From positions 1-23,480 of the forward strand of contig JAXSMZ010000024.1 in assembly GCA_037924335.1 (NCBI GenBank): DNA of 23,480 nt, written 5' to 3'. This document shows, piece after piece, positions 1-9,202 of this stretch. A program made the position numbers and the translations under genes. Under the pieces are notes generated by a model. That model was not told where the DNA came from. It made no database searches and was given only the letters and a program-made list of their open reading frames with translations. Positions within the stretch are counted from its first letter, which is position 1; the number at the start of each line of letters is the position of its first letter. The stretch is from Aquificaceae bacterium (GTDB taxonomy: Bacteria > Aquificota > Aquificia > Aquificales > Aquificaceae).

Positions 1-957
1 ATGTATAGACATGGGGGTCTCCTGCGGGGGTGGTTTGATGAAGTCAGTGATTCCTTTTTTTTTTGACATAACAGAAGCCACTATGGACAAAAAGGCAGCG
101 CTTAAAACGAGAAGAAGAGATACTAAGACTGGTATGTGGTAAAAGTCTGATATTAGTATCTTAAACCCTATGAAACCAAGTATGAAGGAAAGTCCATAAT
201 GAAGGTAATGGAACATTGGAAGTATTGCGTTTGCAGCAAAGTATAGAGAACGTAGCCCAAGTATGGCGAATATGTTAGAGGTGTAAACAACAAAAGGGTC
301 CTTTGATATGGCAAGTATGGCTGGCACAGAATCTACCGCAAACATGATATCTGAGAATTCCACAAAAAGAAGGGCTAAAAAGATAGGTGTGGCATAAATC
401 ATTTTACCCTCTCTTATGAAAAACCTCCCCTTATCCACCTGAGGTCTCATAGGGAGAACCTTTGTGGCAATTCTGTAAAGAAGGGTTTCCTCTGGATGGA
501 ACTCCCTCTCCTCAGTTGTCAAAAGCTTGACGGCAGATATTATTAGGATGATTCCAAAGATGTACATGACCCACTCAAGCCTTTTTACAAGCTCTATACC
601 TAAGAATATAAAAATTCCACGAAAAACTGTTGCACCAAACACTCCCCAGAAGAGGACTTTGTGCTTATACTCCTCTGGTATACGAAAGTAGGAGAATATG
701 AGTATAAAAATAAATATGTTGTCTAAGCTCAAGGACTTCTCTAATATGTAACCGGTGAGATACTCCATGACTGGACTTCTACCCTTGGCATAAAGAACGT
801 ACAAACCAAAGCCAAGTCCTACAATTATCCAAAAGAGAGAAAGCAGAAGGGATTCTTTTACAGATATCCTATGGGGCTTCCTATGAAAAACAAAGAGGTC
901 AAGGAAAAGAGAAGCGAGAACAAAGCTTCCAAACACTATCCATTCTGGGTTTAGCAT
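1..957 (-). CDS. terC: TerC family (Alx/MeeF-like) integral membrane protein; 3' end runs off the left edge
   Basis: Not in the ORF track because it has no stop in the window. Manual translation from ATG at 957 gives MLNPEWIVFGSFVLASLFLDLFVFHRKPH...YLTGYILEKSLSLDNIFIF...HKVLFWGVFGATVFRG...LFVEFSDIMFAVDSVPAILAISKDPFVVYTSNIFAILGLRSLYF. EKSLSxDN and DxxFAVDSVPA are TerC signatures. The frame is open to position 1. Confidence 0.93.
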   Translation of the reverse strand, partial: MLNPEWIVFGSFVLASLFLDLFVFHRKPHRISVKESLLLSLFWIIVGLGFGLYVLYAKGRSPVMEYLTGYILEKSLSLDNIFIFILIFSYFRIPEEYKHKVLFWGVFGATVFRGIFIFLGIELVKRLEWVMYIFGIILIISAVKLLTTEEREFHPEETLLYRIATKVLPMRPQVDKGRFFIREGKMIYATPIFLALLFVEFSDIMFAVDSVPAILAISKDPFVVYTSNIFAILGLRSLYFAANAILPMFHYLHYGLSFILGFIGFKILISDFYHIPVLVSLLLVLSAAFLSIVASVMSKKKGITDFIKPPPQETPMSIH

Positions 958-996
958 TGGGATATATTATATAGAATACAGGAGGTAGTTTTTAAA
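958..996. promoter_or_regulatory. 39-bp divergent control region between terC and nrdB
   Basis: TATAAT on the minus strand at 971..966 lies 8 nt before the terC ATG. Shine-Dalgarno AGGAGGT on the plus strand at 980-986 lies 10 nt before the nrdB ATG. Confidence 0.6.
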
Positions 997-2025
997 ATGG
1001 AAAGGGTAATGATCTTCAATCCCTCGGGAGACAGGGAAGCAAGCAAAAGGTCAATAGTGCTTGGAAATCCTACAAATATAATGGAGCTAAACAACATCAA
1101 GTATCAATGGGCTTTTGAGCTTTACAAGACTATGGGATTTACCAACTTTTGGATACCAGAAGAGATACCTATGCAAGAGGATAAAAAGCAGTACGATAAT
1201 GAACTTTCACCCTACGAAAGGAGGGCTTATGAGCTAGTCCTTAGCTTTTTAATAGCCCTTGACAGTTATCAGGTTAACATGCTCAAAGAGTTTGCAAGGT
1301 ATCTTTCAGCTCCTGAGCTTGTCATGTCCATAACAGCACAAGAGTTTCAGGAAGCTCTTCATTCCTATTCATACCAGTTTATTTTAGAAAGCGTAGTATA
1401 CCCAGAAAAGGCTGATGAGATATACAACTACTGGAGAGAAGATAAGGTTCTGATGGAGAGAAACCAAGTTATAGCCGAGCTATACAACGAATTTATTAGA
1501 AAGCCTACAGAAGAAAACTTTATAAAAGCTGTCTTTGGCAACTATGTTTTAGAAAGTCTATACTTTTACTCTGGCTTTGCCTTTTTTTACACGTTGGGAA
1601 GACAGAACAAGGTTAGGAGCACAGTTCAGCAGATAAAGTATATAAATAGGGATGAGCTGACGCATGTAACCTTGTTTAGGAACATAATAAACGCCTTAAA
1701 AGAGGAGCAGACTGAGCTTTTCACTCCAGATATAGAAAGGTGGATATACGACTTCTTTAGGTTTGCTACAGAAAAGGAGATAGAGTGGGGTAAGTATGTA
1801 ACTCAGAATCAAATACTAGGTATAAATAATGCCTTAATAGAAAGGTACATAAAGTACTTAAGCAATTTAAGGCTAAGTCAAATTGGATATAAACCACTTT
1901 ATCCCGATATAACAGACAATCCTATGAAGTGGATAGACACTTTTAGAACTATAAACGACACAAAAACAGACTTCTTCCAGGCAAAGCCTCAGACCTACGC
2001 AAAAAGAAGCGAGTTAAGGTGGTGA
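997..2025 (+). CDS. nrdB: Class Ia ribonucleotide-diphosphate reductase beta (R2) subunit
   Basis: Ferritin-like R2 motifs: FWIPEEI, LIALDSYQ (Asp ligand), QEALHSYSY (Glu/His ligands plus radical Tyr), LESLYFYSGF, YINRDELTH and the C-terminal KTDFFQAKPQTY. Strong SD present; no intein. Confidence 0.95.
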   Translation: MERVMIFNPSGDREASKRSIVLGNPTNIMELNNIKYQWAFELYKTMGFTNFWIPEEIPMQEDKKQYDNELSPYERRAYELVLSFLIALDSYQVNMLKEFARYLSAPELVMSITAQEFQEALHSYSYQFILESVVYPEKADEIYNYWREDKVLMERNQVIAELYNEFIRKPTEENFIKAVFGNYVLESLYFYSGFAFFYTLGRQNKVRSTVQQIKYINRDELTHVTLFRNIINALKEEQTELFTPDIERWIYDFFRFATEKEIEWGKYVTQNQILGINNALIERYIKYLSNLRLSQIGYKPLYPDITDNPMKWIDTFRTINDTKTDFFQAKPQTYAKRSELRW

Positions 2026-3504
2026 TCTTCTCGTCAAAAACAGAAAAACCAGCGTCAGAAGTATGCTCAAGAGAGCTATATAAGATGCATCTTTCAAGGC
2101 ATCCTGTACAGCATAGGTGCCAGATAGGGTGCTTTGAAACTGCCCTAAAGCTACCTTATACCTAAGCATATTTAGATGGGACGCTTCCTGCATAAAATGT
2201 GTAAAGGTATCGGAGACCAAAGCTGACCTTATACCGTTTATCTCATCGTAATGAAAGGCTTTGCCCGTCTCAAGCCTATAAGTTGCTATTGATGTAGCTA
2301 TGGATGCTCCCATCAGTCTTGCATAGTTGTAAAGGGCTGTACCTATGGGGATCTGGTGCTGTTGGAGACTTTTAAAGGCCAATGCCGTAAGCGGTGCAAA
2401 GAAAAAACCCATACCGCTTCCTAGGAGACACATGTAGAAAAAGATCTTTACCTTTGGTGTGTAATAATCAAGGTGGGAAAGGAAAAAGAATAGAGTTATG
2501 AAAAGTATAGTTTGGGAGATAAGTAAGAGTATCTTGGGTTCCATCTTATCGCTCAGTCTACCACCCAAAAGTGCAAAGACACCAAGAAGAAAGGCATAGC
2601 CCAAGAAGTTTAAACCCGTTTGGAATGTAGGTACATTCCTTAAGCTTTCTAGGTATATAGGTATGAGATAAATAACTTGAAAGAAGACAAAGCCAAATAT
2701 TACTAGGAAAGTAATGACAGCGTACAGATAGTTTGGTTCTTTAAATATGGAATAATCTATCAATGTACTCTCTCCAATCAGTTCAAATAAGATAAAAAGC
2801 AAAAAGAAGATCACTGTTAAAGTGAAGGCATAGAAGCTCTTCATTGAATAGAACCAACCCCAGCTCTCACCTTTGGAAAGAAAAACTATGAAGCTTATGG
2901 AGGAGACAGAGATGGACAAAAAACTCGGAAGATTAAAAGGAACTCTTACCTTCTGTCCCATGTCTGGAAGCATAAGGTAAGCCACCGGTAAAAGCAGGAC
3001 CACTATAGGTATGTTCATATAAAATATCCATCTCCATGAAAAATACTCTACCATGTAACCGCCAACCGTTGGACCAAGCCCAGGAGCAAAGGCAACAGCC
3101 ATAGCATAAAAGCCCATAGCTGTACCGCGCCTTTCTGCTGGAAAAAGGTTAAAAAGTATAGACTGGGAAGATGGTATGAGTAGGCCTTCACCTGCACCCT
3201 GTAAGAACCTAAATAGGACCATCTCCTCAAGACTGGAAGATTGCCCAGATAGAGCACTACCTAAACTGAAGAGAAGAAGTCCAAGAATGTATGTGCTCTT
3301 AAGACCCAGACGCGCAACTGTTGTGTTGAAAGCGAGTATGGTTATAGCCGTTGCAACTATATAGCTGATAGCTACCCATTCTATACCGTACATATCCGTT
3401 TGCAATGGGGCTATCATCTTTGGTATGGCGACGTTCGTGCTTGTGATCCCCAAAACAGCTAGGAATGTACCAAGGACCACTAGGAAGGCATAGAACCAAG
3501 CCAT
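2014..3504 (-). CDS. DHA2 (EmrB/QacA) family MFS efflux permease, divergent second paralogue
   Basis: About 14 hydrophobic segments with motifs FRFLQGAGEG, APGLGPTVGGY and WRWIFYMNIP. Start moved from the track's 3573 to ATG 3504 (MAWFYAFLVV), which gives a 25-bp rather than 94-bp overlap with the upstream gene and aligns with its paralogue's TM1. Confidence 0.88.
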   Translation of the reverse strand: MAWFYAFLVVLGTFLAVLGITSTNVAIPKMIAPLQTDMYGIEWVAISYIVATAITILAFNTTVARLGLKSTYILGLLLFSLGSALSGQSSSLEEMVLFRFLQGAGEGLLIPSSQSILFNLFPAERRGTAMGFYAMAVAFAPGLGPTVGGYMVEYFSWRWIFYMNIPIVVLLLPVAYLMLPDMGQKVRVPFNLPSFLSISVSSISFIVFLSKGESWGWFYSMKSFYAFTLTVIFFLLFILFELIGESTLIDYSIFKEPNYLYAVITFLVIFGFVFFQVIYLIPIYLESLRNVPTFQTGLNFLGYAFLLGVFALLGGRLSDKMEPKILLLISQTILFITLFFFLSHLDYYTPKVKIFFYMCLLGSGMGFFFAPLTALAFKSLQQHQIPIGTALYNYARLMGASIATSIATYRLETGKAFHYDEINGIRSALVSDTFTHFMQEASHLNMLRYKVALGQFQSTLSGTYAVQDALKDASYIALLSILLTLVFLFLTRRSPP

Positions 3505-5027
3505 GACCTGACCCTTCTCTTCATGTACAAAAAGAGCAAAATGAATAGGGGTAAAGAGCCCAAAAGTCCCCAAAGACCTGCTGAGAAAAAGGTTCTCTGG
3601 AAAGAGTCTGAATAAGCATATAGCTGTTGTATACCATAGAACACAGCCTCCGCCTTATCTTCTGGAAATAAGCTCGTAAGCCCCTGAAGGTAATCCATAA
3701 CTATATTGTGATTTTGAACCTCGACAGACCTTTGGAAGTTCTCCCACATATACCTTTGTAAGTCATTGGTTGCCAGAGCAGTACCAAAAGACCCTCCCAC
3801 AAACCTTATGTAATGCATAAGGCTTATACCAAGCGTTGTTTTCTCTCCAAGCTTTTTAAGAGCCAGAGTAGTAGTGGGTGCAAAGAAAAAGCCCATACCA
3901 ATGCCCATGACTATTAGGCTCAGAGAAGAACTCCAGGAAGGTGTAAAGTAGTTAAACTTTGGGACTATAAAGAGCGCTGAGTAAATGTAAAGGAAGGTGG
4001 CGACTGTAAGAGAAAGTATCTCCGACCTTTTGTCTGCAATCATACCAGCAACGGGTGAAGACAGACCAATGGCAAGAGCCATGGGAAGTATATGAAGCCC
4101 AGTATGCATGGTTGATATACCTTTCAGATTCTCGTAGTAAAGTGGTATAAGGTAAAAGACCTGATACATAGAAAAGCCAAGCAAGAAGCAGTAAATTAGA
4201 AAAGCTACAAAAAACTCCTTTATCCTAAATATAGAATAGTCAATGAGAGGTTCCATCGATAAAAGCTCTGAGAGAAAGAAAAGCAGAAGGGAGAAAACAG
4301 ATATAAGGGACATATAAAGTATGAAGTCTGAGTTCCACCAACCTTGCTGCTGACCCTTGGAAAGAACGATGAGCAAAGAAACGGTGAACATGGATACAAA
4401 GCCAAAGGATATGAAGTTAAGCCTAAAGGTCTCCTGTGGCTTTTGATGGGGAAGGGTCAGAAAGGCAAGCAGGAAGTTTATTATCCCTATGGGCAGGTTT
4501 ATGTAAAATATCCATCTCCAGTTTATGTGCTCTGTTATGTAGCCACCTAATGTAGGACCCAAGGCTGGTGCAAAGCTCACACCAAGCCCGTATATGCCCA
4601 TGGCAAGACCTCTCTTTTCTGGTGAATAGACACTAAAAAGAAGGGACTCTGCACTGACAACTATGAGAGCCTCACCAAAGCCCTGGACAGTCCTTGATGC
4701 GATCATAAGGTCCAGAGAGGCTGCCTGACCACAGAAAAAGGATGCAAAGACAAAAAGGAAGAGACCTATAAGGAATACCCTCCTTAGACCTATTTTGCTT
4801 TCAAGCCAATGGACTATAAGAATACCAGAGGCTGCCATGGTCATGTAAGCTGTTATCACCCATTGGACTCCGTAAAGGTCTGTGGACAGAGGGGCCATCA
4901 TCTTGGGAACTACTATGTCTACTATTGTGGTATCAAGTATGGCCATAAAAACACCTACCATAAGAGATAAGGTTATAAGCATCCTCTCCAAAGGGTTAAC
5001 TTGCTCATAAAGTGGCTTTTGGTTCAT
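3480..5027 (-). CDS. emrB: DHA2 family MFS efflux permease EmrB
   Basis: Motifs FMAILDTTIV (motif D1), WVITAY, RTVQGFG, APALGPTLGGYIT (motif C) and WRWIFYINLPIG. Directly follows an EmrA-type adaptor with an ATGA overlap. Confidence 0.92.
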   Translation of the reverse strand: MNQKPLYEQVNPLERMLITLSLMVGVFMAILDTTIVDIVVPKMMAPLSTDLYGVQWVITAYMTMAASGILIVHWLESKIGLRRVFLIGLFLFVFASFFCGQAASLDLMIASRTVQGFGEALIVVSAESLLFSVYSPEKRGLAMGIYGLGVSFAPALGPTLGGYITEHINWRWIFYINLPIGIINFLLAFLTLPHQKPQETFRLNFISFGFVSMFTVSLLIVLSKGQQQGWWNSDFILYMSLISVFSLLLFFLSELLSMEPLIDYSIFRIKEFFVAFLIYCFLLGFSMYQVFYLIPLYYENLKGISTMHTGLHILPMALAIGLSSPVAGMIADKRSEILSLTVATFLYIYSALFIVPKFNYFTPSWSSSLSLIVMGIGMGFFFAPTTTLALKKLGEKTTLGISLMHYIRFVGGSFGTALATNDLQRYMWENFQRSVEVQNHNIVMDYLQGLTSLFPEDKAEAVFYGIQQLYAYSDSFQRTFFSAGLWGLLGSLPLFILLFLYMKRRVRSWLGSMPS

Positions 5028-6154
5028 TTCTTCACCCTTTCTATCTCTACCTCGCCACCCATGCCAACCCTCAAAAGAGATATATCTCCCTTAACGACCC
5101 TTATCTTAATGGGGATCCTCTGCACCACTTTTGTAAACTCACCAGCGGATACGTCCCTTGGAACTAAAGCAAAGGTTGCAGCGGAAGCTGGGCTTATGCT
5201 TTCAACAACACCTTCAAATACCCTGTTGGGATAGGCATCCAGTCTTATGTAAGCTTTACATCCTTCTTGAACACCCCTTAGCTTAGACTCCTCCATAAGA
5301 ACCTCAACGTACAGAGAACCATCCTTTATAAGGGAGTAGACGGGCATTCCTGGTTTTACTACATCACCGATACTTATGTACCTTCTTGCCACAACACCAT
5401 CAAAAGGAGCCAGTAGCTTGGTGTATCTTAGGTTGTTCTTGGCCAGCTCTTCCTGCCTTTTTAGGCTCTCTATCTCCTTTTCCATGGCTTCTATTTGAGC
5501 CTTTAACTCCTTTTCCTTAAGGAAGGCTATGCGAGAGAGCTTTACCCCTTCCAAGGACTTTTTGTACACTACCCTCAGCTCATCAATGCTCTTTTTCAGA
5601 CTTCTATCCTGTTCCAAAAGGATTCTGTACCTTGTGTCTGCTTCCTCATAGGTCCTTCTGGGTATAACGCCAGATTTTAGGAGGTTTTCGTATCTTTCCC
5701 TGTCCTTTCTGGCAAGCTCTAACTCTGTTTGAACCTTGGCAAGCTGACTTTTAAGGGCTTCCTCCTTTTCCAGTACCTCTTTGGTTGTGAGCTCTGACAT
5801 GGAATAGTTGGTTTTGAGCTCCCCAGAGACCCTGCTTATCTGGATAAGGAGCTGACTCCTCTGTGCCCTAAGGCTTTCTATCCTTGCTCTTATGGATTCA
5901 AGCTGGGTCTTATAATCTATAGGGTCTATCTCTGCCAAAAGATCCCCTTCCTTTACTTTGTTACCCACATCTTTATACAGCTTTATGACCTGTCCAGAAA
6001 CGTTTCGGAAGCCTACGTTGGAAAGCTCATCAGACTTTACAAACACAGCATCCGTTATGGCATAGTCTATCCTGTACTTTATCCACCTTGCGGCTAAGAA
6101 AGTAAAAAGGATAAGTAGCAAGATTACAAAGGCTATACCTATTCTCCTCCTCAT
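5024..6154 (-). CDS. emrA: EmrA/HlyD family periplasmic adaptor with a long alpha-hairpin
   Basis: N-terminal TM anchor, TDAVFV, lipoyl half-motifs (VSGQVIKL..., APFDGVV), a long coiled coil and the EmrA-specific SPASAATFALVP...GEFTKVVQRIPIKI motif. Confidence 0.93.
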   Translation of the reverse strand: MRRRIGIAFVILLLILFTFLAARWIKYRIDYAITDAVFVKSDELSNVGFRNVSGQVIKLYKDVGNKVKEGDLLAEIDPIDYKTQLESIRARIESLRAQRSQLLIQISRVSGELKTNYSMSELTTKEVLEKEEALKSQLAKVQTELELARKDRERYENLLKSGVIPRRTYEEADTRYRILLEQDRSLKKSIDELRVVYKKSLEGVKLSRIAFLKEKELKAQIEAMEKEIESLKRQEELAKNNLRYTKLLAPFDGVVARRYISIGDVVKPGMPVYSLIKDGSLYVEVLMEESKLRGVQEGCKAYIRLDAYPNRVFEGVVESISPASAATFALVPRDVSAGEFTKVVQRIPIKIRVVKGDISLLRVGMGGEVEIERVKK

Positions 6155-7416
6155 AGCTTACCTCCGATGGCACGTAGGAGTTCAAAGTAAGCCTTGATGT
6201 ACTCATAATAGGTTGTTGCTCTATCCTTCCTGGCCTTGGTCAAACTTGCCTCCGCTATGAGAAGGTCAGTGAGGCTTATGATCTGGTTCTTGTACTGCTC
6301 CTCTGAAAGTTTATAGTACTCCTCTGCGTACCTCAGAGCACTCTCTGCAACCTGCAAGTTGTCTTTGCTGGTGAGGAAGTTCTCGTAAGCTCTTTTTACC
6401 TCAAGTTTTACCAAGCTCTCTGCGTCTTTAAGCTTGAACTGGATGCCCCTTTCTTCCTCTTCCCTGCTCAAAAGCCTGTAGTAAGGCTCTAAAGATTGGA
6501 ATTCAACGCTTAGACCCGCCGATACCCCGTAAACACCCTTTGGAGTCAGTATAGGGTTCTGGTCTGAATAGATGTACTCAGCCTGCAAGAAAAACTTAGG
6601 AAGATACCTGCTTATTTCCACATCCTTTGACCTTTTTGCCTGGAAAACACGCTCCTTATAGGCTGCCAAGATGCCTCTCCTCTGAAGGGCTATACTATAA
6701 AGTTCTTCTAAGCTTGGAAGGTCCCTCATTTCTACCTTTACTGGCTCTATGCTTTCGAGCTCCTTCTCAGATACACCAGTAAGTTTTGAGAGTCCTGCAA
6801 GGGCTACCCTATAGTTCCCCTCCGAATCTCTCATATCCCTTTGAACCTCAGCAAGCCTTACCTGTGCTTGGAGAACATCAGTTATGGCCACAATCCCTTC
6901 TCTGTAAAAGGCTTCTGCTCTTTTTAGCTGGGATTCTACAGCTTGAAGCTGTTTTCTGCGGACTTCCACAACTTCTCTGCTTGAAAGCACATCCATGTAA
7001 GCCTTTATAACATCCGTTTCTATCTCCAACTTCTTTTCCTCGTATAGACTTTCCTGAGCCTTTACCTCTAAGCGAGATATGTCTATCTTAGCCTCTCTTG
7101 TACCCCCATCGTAGAGAATCTCTCTAAAGCCTGCGTTAAAACGTTTATAGCTCTGCTTCGTTGATTCGATGGGTGGAATGCTAAAGATGGAAATGTCCAT
7201 CCTCTGCTTTTGTGAAAACCAGCTCTGCGAAGTGTTAAGGAAAAAGGTTGGAAAATAAAGGTTCATGTCTGCCTTAAGGCTGTAGCGAGCCGATGCTACT
7301 GTGCTCTCCTGAGCCTTTAGCTCTGGGTTGTTCTTAAGAGCCTCTCCTAAGACATCCTTTAAGGTCAAAGAGAAGGAGAATGAAACTGTGAAGAGTAAAG
7401 CAACCAGTAACCTCAT
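6151..7416 (-). CDS. TolC family outer membrane efflux protein (probable EmrAB partner)
   Basis: Signal peptide, LTLKDVLGEALKNNPELK, and two OEP repeats (YFPTF.../YLPKF..., GIVAITDVLQAQ / IISLTDLLIAE). Confidence 0.92.
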   Translation of the reverse strand: MRLLVALLFTVSFSFSLTLKDVLGEALKNNPELKAQESTVASARYSLKADMNLYFPTFFLNTSQSWFSQKQRMDISIFSIPPIESTKQSYKRFNAGFREILYDGGTREAKIDISRLEVKAQESLYEEKKLEIETDVIKAYMDVLSSREVVEVRRKQLQAVESQLKRAEAFYREGIVAITDVLQAQVRLAEVQRDMRDSEGNYRVALAGLSKLTGVSEKELESIEPVKVEMRDLPSLEELYSIALQRRGILAAYKERVFQAKRSKDVEISRYLPKFFLQAEYIYSDQNPILTPKGVYGVSAGLSVEFQSLEPYYRLLSREEEERGIQFKLKDAESLVKLEVKRAYENFLTSKDNLQVAESALRYAEEYYKLSEEQYKNQIISLTDLLIAEASLTKARKDRATTYYEYIKAYFELLRAIGGKL

Positions 7417-7985
7417 CCTTTTATCCCTTTGAAGATTATTTCCAGTCCTTCGTTTACAAACTCAATAAGTTTATTGAGCCCTACCTTTTCCTTTAGCAGG
7501 TAATCCAGATAGATGATCCTTACATAGCCCATTATGAGATTTGCCAAGTTCTCCACGTTTTTGTACTTGAATAGTCCGCTCTCAACACCCTTGCTGAGAA
7601 TTTCCATAAGAAGCTCCCTTATCCTTTTGGTCTTTTTAAAGTACATCCTCCTGAACTCTTCGTTGGTTCCCACAAGCTGGAAGAGAAATATGTAAGCTAT
7701 GTGCCTCTCTTCATACATTATCTTGAAAAAATCAACTATAGCGTTCCTTATTATATCCTCCACATGGTCTTCTTTATGTGCATACTCTTCCAGAAGCTTT
7801 ATGGACTTCTGTGACATTATGTTGACCAGCTCCTTGAATATGTCCTCCTTGCTTTTAAAGTAAAAGTAAAAGGTTCCTTGGGATAGTCCTGCATGGGAGA
7901 CTATATCCGAGACCTTTGTCTCGTGGTAGCCTTTCTGTGAGAAGAGCTTTTTAGCAGACTGAAGTAATCTCTCCCTTGTATTCAT
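7413..7985 (-). CDS. TetR/AcrR family transcriptional regulator
   Basis: N-terminal HTH: RERLLQSAKKLFSQKGYHETKVSDIVSHAGLSQGTFYFYFKSKEDIF; 190 aa. Confidence 0.96.
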   Translation of the reverse strand: MNTRERLLQSAKKLFSQKGYHETKVSDIVSHAGLSQGTFYFYFKSKEDIFKELVNIMSQKSIKLLEEYAHKEDHVEDIIRNAIVDFFKIMYEERHIAYIFLFQLVGTNEEFRRMYFKKTKRIRELLMEILSKGVESGLFKYKNVENLANLIMGYVRIIYLDYLLKEKVGLNKLIEFVNEGLEIIFKGIKG

Positions 7986-9202
7986 CTTGTGAGCCTATCG
8001 TAAGAAGAAAGGTCGCTCATGTAAAGGTATAGGAGCATGTAGTAATTGCTGAGCGTCTGGTTGTAGTTGTTTCTTGCGTCCAGAACCTCCAGCTGTGTTC
8101 CCACGCCGTACTTGTACCTTTCTGTGGCAAGCCTTAGAGCTTCTTCCGCTGCTTTTAGAGATTCTTCTGTAGCCTTAATCTGCGCCCTCAGGGATGTTAT
8201 GTCCTCAACGGTTTTCTTCAACTGTGCCTTTATCCTGTACTCTGTATCCAAAAGGTTCTCCTTCTGCTTCATATAGTCTATGTTAGCCTGTGCTATGTTT
8301 GCCTTTCTGTAAAAACCGTCAAAGATCTTGTAAGAGAGCTGAAAACCAAAGGTGTAGCCGCTTATCCACTCAGTCCCGCCTGTGAAACTCCTTCTTCCTG
8401 TACTTCCCTGATAAGTAGCAAAGCCAGAGATGGTAGGAAAGTAAGCATCTTTTGCAACGTCTATTTTTCTTTCGAAAACGTCAAGACTTTTCTTTGCTAC
8501 AAGTATGGTACTGTTTCCTTCAACGCCCCTGCTAAGGTCTATTTTTTTCTCTTCAAACCTTAGGCTTCCCTCTGGTTCTACATCCTTTTCTACCCTAAGA
8601 TAAGCCTTGAAGTCTTCAAGGGATCTTCTGTAGTCCGCAAGAGTCTGCTCGTACTGTGCCCCTGCACTTTCGAGCTGTGCTTTGCTTCTGAAAAGCTCCA
8701 CCTTAGGCTTTATACCAGCTTTGTACTGGTTTTCCACAAGCCTGTAGTTCTCTTCCCAGTAAGATAGGTTCTCCTTTGCAAGCTTGACAACCTCTTTTTT
8801 GTAAAGCAAGGCGTAAAACATCTGCTTAGTTTGATTTTCCACATCCCTCTTTATGTCTTCAAGTATATATTTCTGTAATTCCTTGCTAAGACTTGCTACC
8901 TTTAGAGCATCAAAGAGAGACTTATCAAATATGCTCTGGCTTAGCTCAAAAAGATAAGAATGCCTATCCCTTGGTGTGAACCCAAAGGAAAGGGACTTAT
9001 CAAACCTTGTATAAGAGTAAGAGAGACTTACATTAGGCAAGATGCCAGACCTTGCCTTCGTTATATCCTCCTCGGTTCTTTTGAGGTCAAGCTCTGCAAG
9101 CCTTATGTTTGTGTTGTTCTTAAGAGCTATGTTTAGAGATTCTTCCAGCGTGAGAGCTTTCACCAACGTAAAAGAAAATAGCAAAAGTATCATATATCTC
9201 AT
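7982..9202 (-). CDS. TolC family outer membrane efflux protein (probable RND partner)
   Basis: Signal peptide ending VKA, LTLEESLNIALKNN, and OEP repeats (ILPNVSL / YFPTISG, ERYKYGVGTQLEVLDAR). Confidence 0.92.
   Translation of the reverse strand: MRYMILLLFSFTLVKALTLEESLNIALKNNTNIRLAELDLKRTEEDITKARSGILPNVSLSYSYTRFDKSLSFGFTPRDRHSYLFELSQSIFDKSLFDALKVASLSKELQKYILEDIKRDVENQTKQMFYALLYKKEVVKLAKENLSYWEENYRLVENQYKAGIKPKVELFRSKAQLESAGAQYEQTLADYRRSLEDFKAYLRVEKDVEPEGSLRFEEKKIDLSRGVEGNSTILVAKKSLDVFERKIDVAKDAYFPTISGFATYQGSTGRRSFTGGTEWISGYTFGFQLSYKIFDGFYRKANIAQANIDYMKQKENLLDTEYRIKAQLKKTVEDITSLRAQIKATEESLKAAEEALRLATERYKYGVGTQLEVLDARNNYNQTLSNYYMLLYLYMSDLSSYDRLTR

Noticed and set aside
1..66. Possible 3' end of a plus-strand gene entering from the left (frame 1 ...GWFDEVSDSFFF-stop, or frame 2 ...CIDMGVSCGGGLMK)
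   Set aside because: Too short to identify without the upstream sequence.
958..996. NrdR boxes or a yybP-ykoY riboswitch between terC and nrdB
   Set aside because: The region is only 39 bp, AT-rich and unstructured, with no convincing tandem NrdR consensus.
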